Shown: positions 1 to 9,567, numbered from the stretch's first letter. The stretch: DNA of 64,000 bases from Candidatus Hecatella orcuttiae (GCA_002011035.2 MTLY02000001.1:32001-96000), one strand, 5' to 3'. Program-made: numbers and translations. Notes: generated by a model not told the origin, from the letters alone.

Positions 1-160
1 ATAGGAGTTCGCCGCCCATTTCCCTGAACATTTTAATGGCTAAGGGAGCGGTCCCGTCATGAGCCATGGCCAAGTCTACCTCAGCCACCACCAGCTCGCC
101 TTGCTCTACGTTCTTCCCCGATGCCCTCGAAAGAATCTTCTCCGTTATGGTCTTTCCCAT
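1..160 (-). CDS. 3-isopropylmalate dehydratase/homoaconitase large subunit, N-terminal part (runs off window)
   Basis: Manual translation from ATG at 160: MGKTITEKILSRASGKNVEQGELVVAEVDLAMAHDGTAPLAI, the typical LeuC/HacA N-terminus (T-x-x-EKI, HDGT). Not in the ORF track. Confidence 0.85.
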   Translation of the reverse strand, partial: MGKTITEKILSRASGKNVEQGELVVAEVDLAMAHDGTAPLAIKMFREMGGELL

Positions 161-296
161 AAGTGTCTTGAACTCCTCTTATGGTGTTGGAATTAAAGGA
201 AAAATGCTGAGAAAAGATATATACCTTACTAGAAAGCCCTTTTAGATAGGCTTTAAAGCCCACGGACAAATTAAACAAGCTGGGAAAATCTCCAAT

Positions 297-998
297 TTGA
301 CCCTCGCAAAATTGAACAAAGAATTTTTACTGGAGATTTTGAAGTACACAAAGGAAAGCGATGTCCTACTTGAGGACGTGTTATTATCCAACACTTTTCT
401 ACCTTCCCACACAGCCAGAGACCAGTTGAACCAACTCGCTGTTCAGAGGCTTATTTCCAGAGAGGGAAACCGCCTAAAAATTTCGCCAATCCAGAAAGTA
501 GATCTGGCGGTTCAAGCCTTAAGGCTGGGTTTAACCCTCGGCTCTGTCTGCCGATATCTGACTTGGCAAGAGTTTGAAAAGGTAACAGCCTACGCTTTGG
601 AGAAAAACAACTACCATGTTTTAGCCCACTTGAGGGTGAAAATGAACGGAGAATGGAGTGAAATAGATCTTCTCGCCGTTCAAAATTGGCTTGCGTTAAT
701 GATAGACTGTAAACATTGGAAAACCCACCTAAACAGGTCGAAGGTTCAGAGAATAGTGGACATGCAACTGAAGAGACTGGAGGCTCTGTCATCTCCTAAG
801 AACTTGAAGAAAATCGAGGTTGAATTAAAAATGAAGCTTCCACCTTGTTTGAAGGCAGTTCCGGTGGTTGTAACTCTGCTGGAGGTTAACTACCTTGTCT
901 ACAGAGGAGTTCCCATTGTTCCTATATCCAAGTTCGGCGGCTTCCTCAATGAGGTGCTGGGCTGCTGGGAGCTTTTTTCATTCAAATCCCTGACCTGA
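297..998 (+). CDS. PD-(D/E)XK restriction-endonuclease-like protein (Mrr/NERD-like) with N-terminal winged-helix-like region
   Basis: Motifs WQEFE, EIDLLA and IDCKHW match the E...D...(D/E)xK nuclease pattern. Confidence 0.65.
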   Translation: MTLAKLNKEFLLEILKYTKESDVLLEDVLLSNTFLPSHTARDQLNQLAVQRLISREGNRLKISPIQKVDLAVQALRLGLTLGSVCRYLTWQEFEKVTAYALEKNNYHVLAHLRVKMNGEWSEIDLLAVQNWLALMIDCKHWKTHLNRSKVQRIVDMQLKRLEALSSPKNLKKIEVELKMKLPPCLKAVPVVVTLLEVNYLVYRGVPIVPISKFGGFLNEVLGCWELFSFKSLT

Positions 999-1076
999 AG
1001 CACCCTCGCTTATGCGGCTTCGTAAGTTTAATATGGAAAAGGATGTTTACTGGTTCAGATGGCCGTGGGTTGAAGC

Positions 1077-1619
1077 TTGGCTGACCTAAGTTTCATCATC
1101 TCTTCAGCCATCATCATGGTGCCGGCCTATCTAGCCAACGGCATGCCTGTCCTTTTTGGGGGTGGGAGGCCCATCGACGGAGGAAAGAATTTCTTCGACG
1201 GTCGGAGGCTTCTAGGAGACGGTAAAACGGTGAGAGGAGCTGTTGCAGGGGTGATGTTTGGGGTGGTAGGCTGCCTTTTGACAGCGAGTTTCCTGAATTT
1301 GGTAACCACTCAGTCTTTCCCTCTGCCTCTTTACGCTCTTTTAGGGTTGGTCGTAGGCTCAGGTACAGTTTCAGGAGACCTTATAGGGGCTTTTATCAAA
1401 AGGAGAGCCAATCTTCCCCGAGGAGCCCCAGCGCCCGTGCTAGACCAGCTGGGATTCATTTTAGTGGCTCTGCTTTTCATCTACCTCTTTAACCTAGCTG
1501 TTCCCTTACTAACTCTGACCGTAGAGGTCTTTTTCGCCGTTTTGGTGGTAACGCCCTTTATTCACATAACTGCTAACGTGATCCTTTTTCTTTTAGGGAA
1601 AAAAAAAGAACCTTGGTAG
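1077..1619 (+). CDS. carS: CDP-archaeol synthase
   Basis: PAYLANGMP, PIDGGK..DGRRLLGDGKT, GDLIGAFIKRR and LDQ motifs; multiple hydrophobic helices. Confidence 0.92.
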   Translation: MADLSFIISSAIIMVPAYLANGMPVLFGGGRPIDGGKNFFDGRRLLGDGKTVRGAVAGVMFGVVGCLLTASFLNLVTTQSFPLPLYALLGLVVGSGTVSGDLIGAFIKRRANLPRGAPAPVLDQLGFILVALLFIYLFNLAVPLLTLTVEVFFAVLVVTPFIHITANVILFLLGKKKEPW

Positions 1620-1867
1620 TTTTCTGGTTTTTTAGAAAACTTTATTTGAAAGCCATCAACCTAGAAACTTTTGGGGCTTTGAAAGAGAAATTCTTTAAAT
1701 TTTTAAGGTTTGGGTCTAAATTTTTTAAACTGAAATGTATAATAATGAAGCTTCCTGAAAATATTCCTAATTTCGGCTTTATATTTTAAATTAATCGTGT
1801 CTAAAGGATTTATTCTGAGGAAAAACTTTAATAAGAAAAATTAAAAACATCTAAAAACGTAAAAACC

Positions 1868-2542
1868 TTGCATGTTAAGGAAAGGGAGGCAAATCATAGA
1901 AAGTTGGCGTATCCGATACATGGACTGTTTCTGCCTAAAAAATTCTTTCTGACCAGCGGATGCGCAACCAGTTCTACGTCTCCTCTAAACGCCTTTGACG
2001 CCGCCCTCATCAAGGCGGGAATAGGACAATGCAACCTTGTGAGCGTGTCTTCCATACTTCCCCCAGACGCGGAGAAAATGGAGAGCTTTGAAATCACACC
2101 TGGCACCATCACGTTTTGCGTTTTAGCTCGAATGGACGGAGATCCCGGGGAGACCATCGGCGCAGGTATAGGATGGGCCTGGGGCATCACAGCAGATGAA
2201 AGAAAATATGGAATCGTCGCTGAGGCTCACGGGTATAAAGATCGGGAAGCCATCGATAGGGAGTTAAAATGGAAACTTCAGGAGATGGCTAAACTCAGGC
2301 AGATGCGCTTAATTCATGTTGAAACAAAACCTGAATGTTTAGAGGTCCCTAAGGGGAAATATGGCAGTGCAACCGTCGCCCTTGTCTACGTACCATGGGA
2401 GTTGGAAGAAACTCAGCGAACCATTGCTAGGGAATCCTATATGGTCCCTGAGGAATTGTTAAAGATGGAAGCAGTTACAGCGAAGGTAAACAATAATTCG
2501 GGGTCTCTTAAACTTCAAAACAATTCCCGCCTTAAGACATAA
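1868..2542 (+). CDS. pdaD: Pyruvoyl-dependent arginine decarboxylase
   Basis: LNAFDAAL..AGIG..NLVSVSSILP with the Ser-Ser self-cleavage site; true start may be TTG at 1904. Confidence 0.88.
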   Translation: MHVKEREANHRKLAYPIHGLFLPKKFFLTSGCATSSTSPLNAFDAALIKAGIGQCNLVSVSSILPPDAEKMESFEITPGTITFCVLARMDGDPGETIGAGIGWAWGITADERKYGIVAEAHGYKDREAIDRELKWKLQEMAKLRQMRLIHVETKPECLEVPKGKYGSATVALVYVPWELEETQRTIARESYMVPEELLKMEAVTAKVNNNSGSLKLQNNSRLKT

Positions 2543-2583
2543 GAAAAACTTTAATCACTGAAGACTATATTTCCTAAACTGCC

Positions 2584-4323
2584 GTGGTTCAATTTAAAGA
2601 ACTCTGCGAATTATGTGAGCGTTTAAGTCAAGTCTCCAGTAGAATTTCCAAGATAAACCTAGTAGTAGAATTTCTCAAAAGGGCAGACTTGGAGGAGATT
2701 TCTGCAGCCATTTCCCTTATCATGGGGAACCTCCCCAAAGCTTACGGGCAGCCTTTGAACCTCAGCCATTTGACTCTTTACCGCACTGTATTGAGGATGA
2801 CCAAGGTGGAGGAGGAGAAATTTTTCGGCGAATTTAGCCAAACAGGGGATGTAGGAGAAACTGTTAAGAGAATTCTCGAAAAATATCCATCTAAAACGCA
2901 AAAACTCCTCAAAGATGAGCCCATAACTTGCCGAGAAGTTGCTGAAGCCCTTCAGCAGATAGCGGAATTTACAGGAGCGGGCGCTCGGGTTAAGAAAGAA
3001 AGGCTGCTGGAAAGCCTCTTAGGCAGGGTAAGCCCGTTGGAAGCGAAATATTTGGTGAAGAATCTGCTGGGGGAAATGAGGCATGGATTCGGCGAAGGCC
3101 TCATGGAGGAAGCTTTAGCCAGAGCCTTCAATATCGGAGTTGAAAAGATCCGCATAGCCCACATGTCTATAGGGGACTTGGGGCGGCTGGGGAGACTGTT
3201 GAAATCCAAAGGACAGGCTGGTTTAGAGGCGGCGGTCATAGTTCCCTTTCATCCTGTAAAGCCTATGTTGGCCGAACATGCTGAAAGCTTAGAAGAAGTG
3301 CTTAGGCAGCACGGGGGAAAAACATGTTTAGAAGACAAGTTAGATGGGGTTAGAGTGCAGATTCATAAGGTAAACTCTGAAGTTCGCATTTACAGTCGAA
3401 GATTGACGGAGGTTACAGATTCTTTCCCAGAGGTCTCCAAGACGATAAAGGAGAAGGTGCAGGCAAAAGAAGCCATAATAGACGGGGAAATAGTAGCCGT
3501 GGATCATAGAGGCCGCTTTCAACCATTTCAAGAAATTATGAAAAGATACGGGCGAATTAAAGAGACCTATGACTTCGCTAAGCATGTCCCTGTCGCCCTC
3601 TTCTTATTCGATATTCTCCACCTAAACGGGATGCCTCTTATCGATAAACCCCTGATGGAAAGAAAAGCCATATTGGAGAAGATTGTTCCTTCGCGGATGC
3701 TTGTCCGCAGCCTAACCGCTGTAAGCCTCGACGAAGCTAGGAGATTTTTTGAAGAAGCCATAGGTAGAAGATGCGAAGGCGTTGTAGCCAAGCGTCCAGA
3801 TTCTACTTATACCCCGGGCATCCGCGGGAAAAAATGGCTGAAAATAAAGCGGCCTCCCTACACTTTAGATCTTGTAATTGTGGCGGCGGAGTACGGCTAT
3901 GGATATAGGCATAAGTGGCTTAGTGATTATTACCTGGCAGCAAGCGTTCAAGATGGTGAAAAGAAAGACTCACCCACAACCTTTCCAGAATACGTGGAAG
4001 CCTTCCATGGCGGCAAGTTTGAAATAGTTGGGAAAACTTTCAAGGGTTTGACTAACGAAGAAATCAAAACTCTCACCCAAAGGCTTCAAAACATAGCCCT
4101 CAAAACTGAAGGAAGGGCGGTCATAGTTAAGCCTGAAATAGTGGCGGAGATAGCCTTTTCGGAGATTCAGCGGAGTCCCCAGTACAGCAGCGGCTACGCC
4201 CTCAGATTCGCCAGAATCATCCGTATCAGAGACGATAAAACCGTAAGCGAGATCAGCAACCTGAAAGATGTTGAGCGAGTTTTCCTCACTCAGCATAGGG
4301 TCCAAGATTTTGGACGGGTATAG
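2584..4323 (+). CDS. lig: ATP-dependent DNA ligase
   Basis: Motif I EDKLDGVR, IIDGE, EGVVAK, WLKIK and ALRFAR..R.DK; archaeal N-terminal DNA-binding domain. Confidence 0.96.
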   Translation: MVQFKELCELCERLSQVSSRISKINLVVEFLKRADLEEISAAISLIMGNLPKAYGQPLNLSHLTLYRTVLRMTKVEEEKFFGEFSQTGDVGETVKRILEKYPSKTQKLLKDEPITCREVAEALQQIAEFTGAGARVKKERLLESLLGRVSPLEAKYLVKNLLGEMRHGFGEGLMEEALARAFNIGVEKIRIAHMSIGDLGRLGRLLKSKGQAGLEAAVIVPFHPVKPMLAEHAESLEEVLRQHGGKTCLEDKLDGVRVQIHKVNSEVRIYSRRLTEVTDSFPEVSKTIKEKVQAKEAIIDGEIVAVDHRGRFQPFQEIMKRYGRIKETYDFAKHVPVALFLFDILHLNGMPLIDKPLMERKAILEKIVPSRMLVRSLTAVSLDEARRFFEEAIGRRCEGVVAKRPDSTYTPGIRGKKWLKIKRPPYTLDLVIVAAEYGYGYRHKWLSDYYLAASVQDGEKKDSPTTFPEYVEAFHGGKFEIVGKTFKGLTNEEIKTLTQRLQNIALKTEGRAVIVKPEIVAEIAFSEIQRSPQYSSGYALRFARIIRIRDDKTVSEISNLKDVERVFLTQHRVQDFGRV

Positions 4324-4335
4324 TGCTCTCCAAAA
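4308..4335. other. Left dif/att-like recombination site (11-6-11): TTTTGGACGGG-TATAGT-GCTCTCCAAAA
   Basis: Imperfect inverted arms around a 6-bp spacer; 22/28 identical to the site at 6510-6537; contains the lig stop codon. Confidence 0.6.
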
Positions 4336-4443
4336 AATCGAAAACTGTGAAGTAGGAAGTTTTCCATAAATTTTCCGGATCTTTTCTTGTTGGAGGTTAG
4401 GGGGTAAAATGGAAAAGTTTTTGGAAATGAAAGGGCTCTTAAA

Positions 4444-4481
4444 ATTTTTCCGTATATATGCAGAGTGCAATACGGAAAAAT
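4444..4481. promoter_or_regulatory. Perfect 12-bp inverted repeat abutting the integrase promoter
   Basis: ATTTTTCCGTAT-N14-ATACGGAAAAAT immediately before a TATA-like TTATATA (4484-4490). Confidence 0.55.
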
Positions 4482-4494
4482 CCTTATATAACAA

Positions 4495-5550
4495 ATGAAA
4501 TCACCCATAATTATTCCGGTGGAAAACATGCAAGACCTCCTAGCCTACGAGTCTGTTCGATCTTGGATGAGCAATTTCCCAGACAGACCTAACACCAAAA
4601 AAGTCTATCTATTTAGGCTGTCTAAGTTCTGTCAGTGGATAGGGAAAGACCCTGACACCTTAATTCGAGAGGCTGAAAAAAATCTTTCCGCTGCACATAA
4701 TCAGCTGAAAGAATTCTACAATAAGCTGCTGGGAGAAGGTAAAAGTCTAAAGACAGCGAGCACATCTTATCAATGCTTAAGGTCTTTCTATCGCTGGAAT
4801 GACGTGATCCTGCCTCGGGCACCGCGAAGTTTCAAAGGCCGGGTAGAATTCGCCTCCCGACGAGTTCTAAGCCAGCAGGAAATCAGCATTATGGTAGGTG
4901 CATGCTCCACCATAAGAGACAAAGCTCTGATAACCTTCCTAGCTCAATCTGGCCAGCGAAGCGGGGTTTTAACGGCTTTAAAATATAAACATGTAAGAAG
5001 AGGACTTGAAAATAATGAGAACCCGCTGCTGGTGGAAGTTCCAGCTGTGCTTAGAAATGACAAAGGAATTAACATCAACAAGCTGGGTGAAGCCTACAGG
5101 TTTGCGGTAGGGAGAGACTCGATCATGTTTTTGAAGATGATGATAGAAGAACGTCGAAGGGACGGTGAACCTATCGACGGGGAAAGCTGGCTTTTTAGGA
5201 GCTACTCTAAAGGCGGTGAAAACGGAAAGTCGACGCCTACAAAAATTTCTAAAAGTGAAAGGGGTCCCCCTTTAACATCTGTTTCCATCAGAGAAATAGT
5301 TCACGAGGTCGCCCTAAGAGCTGGAATTCAAGGGAAGGCCTCGGATAAACGCTACGAGATATATCCTCATGTCTTCAGGAGATACTGGAACATGAGAATG
5401 CAGGAAGCAGGCCTCAGCGAAGATTTAAGGGAGTATATGATCGGGCATAGAGTCCCCTACGAGGGCGCCTACAGTAGATGGTATCCCGACGCCATAAGGC
5501 GGGAATGGAAAGCTAAAAATGTCGAAAAATATCTCAGCCTTCTCTTATAA
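4495..5550 (+). CDS. Tyrosine recombinase / site-specific integrase
   Basis: SAM-like N-terminal domain; catalytic R (SGQRSG), K, HxxR (YPHVFRR), H (MIGH) and Y (GAYSR). Likely true start is ATG 4528 after GGTGG. Confidence 0.9.
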   Translation: MKSPIIIPVENMQDLLAYESVRSWMSNFPDRPNTKKVYLFRLSKFCQWIGKDPDTLIREAEKNLSAAHNQLKEFYNKLLGEGKSLKTASTSYQCLRSFYRWNDVILPRAPRSFKGRVEFASRRVLSQQEISIMVGACSTIRDKALITFLAQSGQRSGVLTALKYKHVRRGLENNENPLLVEVPAVLRNDKGININKLGEAYRFAVGRDSIMFLKMMIEERRRDGEPIDGESWLFRSYSKGGENGKSTPTKISKSERGPPLTSVSIREIVHEVALRAGIQGKASDKRYEIYPHVFRRYWNMRMQEAGLSEDLREYMIGHRVPYEGAYSRWYPDAIRREWKAKNVEKYLSLLL

Positions 5551-5565
5551 ACGCCTCTCCAGTTA

Positions 5566-5805
5566 TTAGGGCGAAGAGGAGATGTCCCTAAATTTATTAT
5601 ACTTTAGTAGGGTTTTTTTGGATGCTCGCTGAATTATCAGTTTCCTATTTTTAATTTTAACACTAACCCATACTAGGTCTTCTTTGAAGGGGAAACTTGA
5701 GTCGTCAACCAACTTTGTTGGCAGATAGATTCTCGGCGAAGAATAGCTTCGTCCATTTTTCAGCAGTTTTTTTGCTACGGTAAATTTTGCCAGACACTCT
5801 TTCAA
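5566..5805 (-). CDS. Small basic protein, AbrB/MazE-like swapped-hairpin DNA-binding candidate
   Basis: SPRIYLPTKLV..FPFKEDLVWVSVKIKNRKLIIQR resembles the AbrB-type 'rixiP...l.i' pattern. Confidence 0.5.
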   Translation of the reverse strand: MKECLAKFTVAKKLLKNGRSYSSPRIYLPTKLVDDSSFPFKEDLVWVSVKIKNRKLIIQRASKKTLLKYNKFRDISSSP

Positions 5806-5856
5806 GGCTTATCACGTTTTACTTCGTAAATACTGTTTCAATATCATTAGAAAAGT

Positions 5857-6288
5857 TTATAAAATTTTCCTTCGCAAAAATCTCAGAAAATCTAGCTTAC
5901 TTAAAACTCCTTTCTGCTGAAAGTTTTCAGGTGGAACGGATTTTTTGAGCGGCCTTACTGAGTCAATGACGGAATTATGTATAAATCGTAATATTTCTTC
6001 TTCAAGCTGATTAAAATTTGGAATAAAAACGTAAATGTTGGAAGGAATATATACCATAAAAGGTAATCTGAGTGTATTAGAGTAAAGGCCCTCGGAGGTT
6101 TTTGTGTATATCTTCAAGCTGATTTCCTCCCGATCACGCGGTGACTGGTCTGGGTTATACTCTATTTCAAACGTCCATTCTTGGGGAAGCCTGCGTTGCA
6201 AATATTTCTTCAGAAGAGTGACTAGAGTTTCCCCGTATTTTAAGGCAAACTCCTTCCTTTCTCGTAGGGGTATGGGAAACTTGGGCAC
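5857..6288 (-). CDS. Hypothetical protein (element cargo)
   Basis: 143-aa ORF with GGTGGAG upstream; no recognised motif. Confidence 0.5.
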   Translation of the reverse strand: MPKFPIPLRERKEFALKYGETLVTLLKKYLQRRLPQEWTFEIEYNPDQSPRDREEISLKIYTKTSEGLYSNTLRLPFMVYIPSNIYVFIPNFNQLEEEILRFIHNSVIDSVRPLKKSVPPENFQQKGVLSKLDFLRFLRRKIL

Positions 6289-6509
6289 CTTTCGCCATCT
6301 CCACCTTGAACTAGGCTCACCAGTGGTAAAGTCTACGGAAGCACATAAGTTTATTTAAGCTTGAATAAGCGACTTGGAACTGCTAAGTTGCAACTTATAT
6401 TAAATAGTGTTGAAAGTTGAAGGAACAGAACCTGAGTAACGTAGGTTTGTGCCCCTTTGCAGAAGTTTTCCGTAATCTTGTTTTTTGCGCGTCTCCGCCG
6501 TTTTCGATT

Positions 6510-6537
6510 TTTTGGACGGTTATTAAACCCTCCAAAA
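6510..6537. other. Right dif/att-like recombination site (11-6-11): TTTTGGACGGT-TATTAA-ACCCTCCAAAA
   Basis: Arms are 10/11 inverted-identical around a 6-bp spacer; overlaps a perfect 22-bp palindrome ACCCTCCAAAATTTTGGAGGGT (6527-6548). Confidence 0.62.
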
Positions 6538-6583
6538 TTTTGGAGGGTAGAAGCGTGATGCGTCCCAGCTTTGCAGATTGACC

Positions 6584-7057
6584 TCATGATTCCAGTTCTT
6601 TCAAAATAGCATCAACAACCCGAAGACCGGCTTCCCGAACTTTCGCCGTTATCCGCTTCGTGAAGACGGAGAAATCTTTTATTTCTATGGCGTAGACCAC
6701 TATTTCTTTCGGCATTCTATTGGGAGCATAGTTTTCACCAAGTCTTAAAGCGGTGGCGAAATTCAAGTCATGGGAGGAAGAAAGGTGACGGGTGCTGTCA
6801 AACTCCGAGGGGGAAAGCCTAAATATTCGGCCTACCTCAGTCTTTCCAGTTGCTATGGCGTCTACAACTATCACTTTATCGTAGTCCAGCATTTCCTCTA
6901 TGAGCCTTAATCCTCCCGCACTGGCCTCCTTGACATCGATGTCTGTGCGGCGGCGCAACCGTTTTTTTAAATCTCGAGCAACCTGTATGCCTATCCCATC
7001 GTCTCCTAAGATTTCATTGCCTACGCCCAGTATCAAAGTTTTCAACTTGATCTTCAA
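6584..7057 (-). CDS. Hydrogenase maturation endopeptidase (HycI/HybD family)
   Basis: GVGNEILGDDGIG, IVVDA and SSHD motifs; directly downstream of mvhA. Confidence 0.92.
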   Translation of the reverse strand: MKIKLKTLILGVGNEILGDDGIGIQVARDLKKRLRRRTDIDVKEASAGGLRLIEEMLDYDKVIVVDAIATGKTEVGRIFRLSPSEFDSTRHLSSSHDLNFATALRLGENYAPNRMPKEIVVYAIEIKDFSVFTKRITAKVREAGLRVVDAILKELES

Positions 7058-7151
7058 CAGATCAGTAAGCGATGGGCAGATAAAGATTACGAAGTAAACT
7101 TCCAGCGCCTAAATATAAAATAGAGGAATAGTTAAACTTCAAAATAAAAAA

Positions 7152-8612
7152 TTAGAAGCGCGTCAACCTCTTCTTGAGCTTTCCGCGACTATCGTAAATG
7201 TCAACTTCAAGAGGCATCTGACCGGGCAGCGTGTGGGTGGCGCAAGCGAAACAGGGATCGTAGGCTCGGAAAGCCATTTCCACCATGTTTAGTATTCCCG
7301 GCGACACTTCACCGTTCTTGATTAACCCCTCTGCCGCTTTTTTAATGGACATGCATATAGCGGCATGGTTATTGGTAGTACCCACTATAAGGTTAACTTT
7401 CTGCACGATCCCCCTTTCATCAGTCTGATAATGGTGGTAAAGAGTGCCACGGGGAGCTTCAACAACGCCTACTCCCTCGCTAGGGGTCTCAGTTATTGGT
7501 CTTCTAACGTTCGGATCTGTTATTTCAGAATCTTGGCTGAGTTCCAAGAGTCTTTCCGCAGCGTAAAGCAATTCCACCAAACGGGCCCAGTGAAAGGCTA
7601 GGGTAGCATGCACGGGCTTTCCGCCTAAGGTTTCGTATAGTTTTTCATACTGCTCCTGAGCAAGAGGCGTCGCCATTCCGTCCGCGGCGTTAAGCCGTGC
7701 GAGAGTGTTGGCGCGGTAGACTCCGCTGTTTTTACCGTCTACAAAACCCTTCCATCCCACTTTTTTTAGGTACGGGAATTTCAGGTAAGACCAAGGTTCC
7801 ACTCGTTCTTCAAGATGATTTAAATAGTCGGAGGCTGGGAATTTCACGAACTCATTGCCGTCCGGGTCTACAACCCTGATTTTTCCGTCGTAAAAGTTCA
7901 CTCGGTTTTTGTCGTCCACCAGACCCATGTAGTAGGTTTTGTGCGTGTAAGTGTCTCCGGTGATGAGGTCCACGTAGGTCTTGTTTTTGAGGACTATGTC
8001 TTCAAAAAGTTTCAAGGAGAACTGCGCAAATTTGACTTCCTCTTTTGCCATTTCCTCTATTCTAGCTCTTTCCGTTTCTTTCAAGGGCTTACTTATTCCG
8101 CCGGGAACACCGAAAGTTGGATGAACTTTCCTCCCGCCGATCATGGACACGATCTCCAAGGCGTCCATTCGCTGTTTTATCACGTACTTTCCGGCTTCCA
8201 CACCTACTTTACGTATCACGCCGAAGATGTTTCGCTCCTCCGGAGGCGCCTCGGGGCCGACGACGAAGTCGGGGCCGCCTAGAATGTAAAAATGAGTGGT
8301 ATGATCGTATACGTAGAAAGCACTGTAGAGGAGTTCCCTGAGTTTTTTAGCCGCGGAACTAGGCTCCACGTTGAAAACAGCATCTAATGTTTTGGTGGAG
8401 GCCATATGGTGGGCTTCAGGACAGACACCGCAAATGCGCGCGGTTATGTCCGGCATTTCCTCTACAAATCGGCCTTCGCAGAATTTTTCGAAACCCCTTA
8501 GCTCGGGGACTTGGAAGTAGGCATTGGCCACATTGCCTCTGTCGTCTAGAAAGATACTTATTTTCCCATGACCTTCAAGCCGGGTTATAGGGTCTATGGT
8601 TACTGTTTTCAT
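7152..8612 (-). CDS. mvhA: [NiFe]-hydrogenase group 3c large subunit
   Basis: TRLEGH, L1 RICGVC, APRG, L2 DPCFACATH followed by a cleavable C-terminal tail. Confidence 0.93.
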   Translation of the reverse strand: MKTVTIDPITRLEGHGKISIFLDDRGNVANAYFQVPELRGFEKFCEGRFVEEMPDITARICGVCPEAHHMASTKTLDAVFNVEPSSAAKKLRELLYSAFYVYDHTTHFYILGGPDFVVGPEAPPEERNIFGVIRKVGVEAGKYVIKQRMDALEIVSMIGGRKVHPTFGVPGGISKPLKETERARIEEMAKEEVKFAQFSLKLFEDIVLKNKTYVDLITGDTYTHKTYYMGLVDDKNRVNFYDGKIRVVDPDGNEFVKFPASDYLNHLEERVEPWSYLKFPYLKKVGWKGFVDGKNSGVYRANTLARLNAADGMATPLAQEQYEKLYETLGGKPVHATLAFHWARLVELLYAAERLLELSQDSEITDPNVRRPITETPSEGVGVVEAPRGTLYHHYQTDERGIVQKVNLIVGTTNNHAAICMSIKKAAEGLIKNGEVSPGILNMVEMAFRAYDPCFACATHTLPGQMPLEVDIYDSRGKLKKRLTRF

Positions 8613-9565
8613 TTTCTTACCCTCCCAAGAATGGATTTGGTTAGAGTAAACTTGTAGAACTTACCTAGGGGGTCTATTACTTTGCCTAGGGCTTCCTTTA
8701 TCTCCTCTTCATCTGTGGAATCCAAGTTTGAGGCTAAGGCCGAAAGCATCTTGGCGCCTTGGTCTTCAATGTTAGGCGAAGGCCCATAGCATCCCCAACA
8801 AGGCATGTTAGCCTTGGGGCACAATGCCCCACAGCCCCCTCTCGTGGCAGGCCCCATGCAGATGACACCTTGCTCTAGAAGGCACTGCTCTTGGTCGGGG
8901 ACGATTTCGTAAGGTCGGTAGATGGTCTTGAATTTGTTCCCCAATCTTTTCCTTTCACATTCATGGCAAAGCGCCCTGTCTGAGGCTCCCACAACTGAGC
9001 CTTTCGGCGGCAGTTTCCCGCTGACGATGGCTTGGATGGCATTCCAAACTTGCTCTCCAACAGGCGGGCATCCGGGAACATAATAGTCCACATCGACAAC
9101 TTCGTCGAGGGTGGAAACATTTTCCCTCAACTCAGGTAACTCCAACTCCCCTTCAGGAATTGAGTATTTCGGCTGAGGCTCCACCTTTTCCGGATTGATT
9201 GTGCTTGGAGTTTCATGGTAGGCTCTGGTGAAGATGTCTTTGACGGTGGTGGCGTTTCCTAAGCCGGGGATACACCCATCTACGGCGCAGGAGCCGAAAG
9301 CTATCATCACCTTAGACTTAGCCCTCAGAAGCTTAGCTACATGCTCATCTTCGCGATTACGAATGGCCCCGTTGAAAAAGCAAACGTCTATGCTTTTGTC
9401 TTCCATTTTCTCCACATCGGAAAATTTGAAGTCCACAGCCGCAGGCCAGAAGACTATGTCAGCAACAGCCATGACATCCAATACTTTTTCCCCTATTTCG
9501 AGAACTGATATTTCGCAGCCTCCGCAGGAAGCAGCCCAGTAGAAGCCCAGTTTCAACTTTCCCAT
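8609..9565 (-). CDS. mvhG: [NiFe]-hydrogenase small subunit
   Basis: SCGGC, GSCA, PGCPP, CHEC, CLL..G.ICMGP and CWGC motifs. Confidence 0.93.
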   Translation of the reverse strand: MGKLKLGFYWAASCGGCEISVLEIGEKVLDVMAVADIVFWPAAVDFKFSDVEKMEDKSIDVCFFNGAIRNREDEHVAKLLRAKSKVMIAFGSCAVDGCIPGLGNATTVKDIFTRAYHETPSTINPEKVEPQPKYSIPEGELELPELRENVSTLDEVVDVDYYVPGCPPVGEQVWNAIQAIVSGKLPPKGSVVGASDRALCHECERKRLGNKFKTIYRPYEIVPDQEQCLLEQGVICMGPATRGGCGALCPKANMPCWGCYGPSPNIEDQGAKMLSALASNLDSTDEEEIKEALGKVIDPLGKFYKFTLTKSILGRVRK

Positions 9566-9567
9566 TT

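Larger units (their letters stand above)
4329..6516. mobile_element. Putative tyrosine-recombinase mini-element with 17-bp terminal inverted repeats
   Basis: TCCAAAAAATCGAAAAC (4329-4345) is the exact reverse complement of GTTTTCGATTTTTTGGA (6500-6516); encloses an integrase and two small ORFs. Confidence 0.62.

Noticed and set aside
4324-4494. Replication origin (TGGAAATGAAAGGG resembles part of an ORB)
   Set aside because: Lacks the TTCCA half of the ORB, no cdc6/orc1 in the window, and the repeats fit recombinase sites better.
6351-6587. 78-aa ORF in the track
   Set aside because: Runs across the right-hand repeat/palindrome, has no motif; likely spurious.
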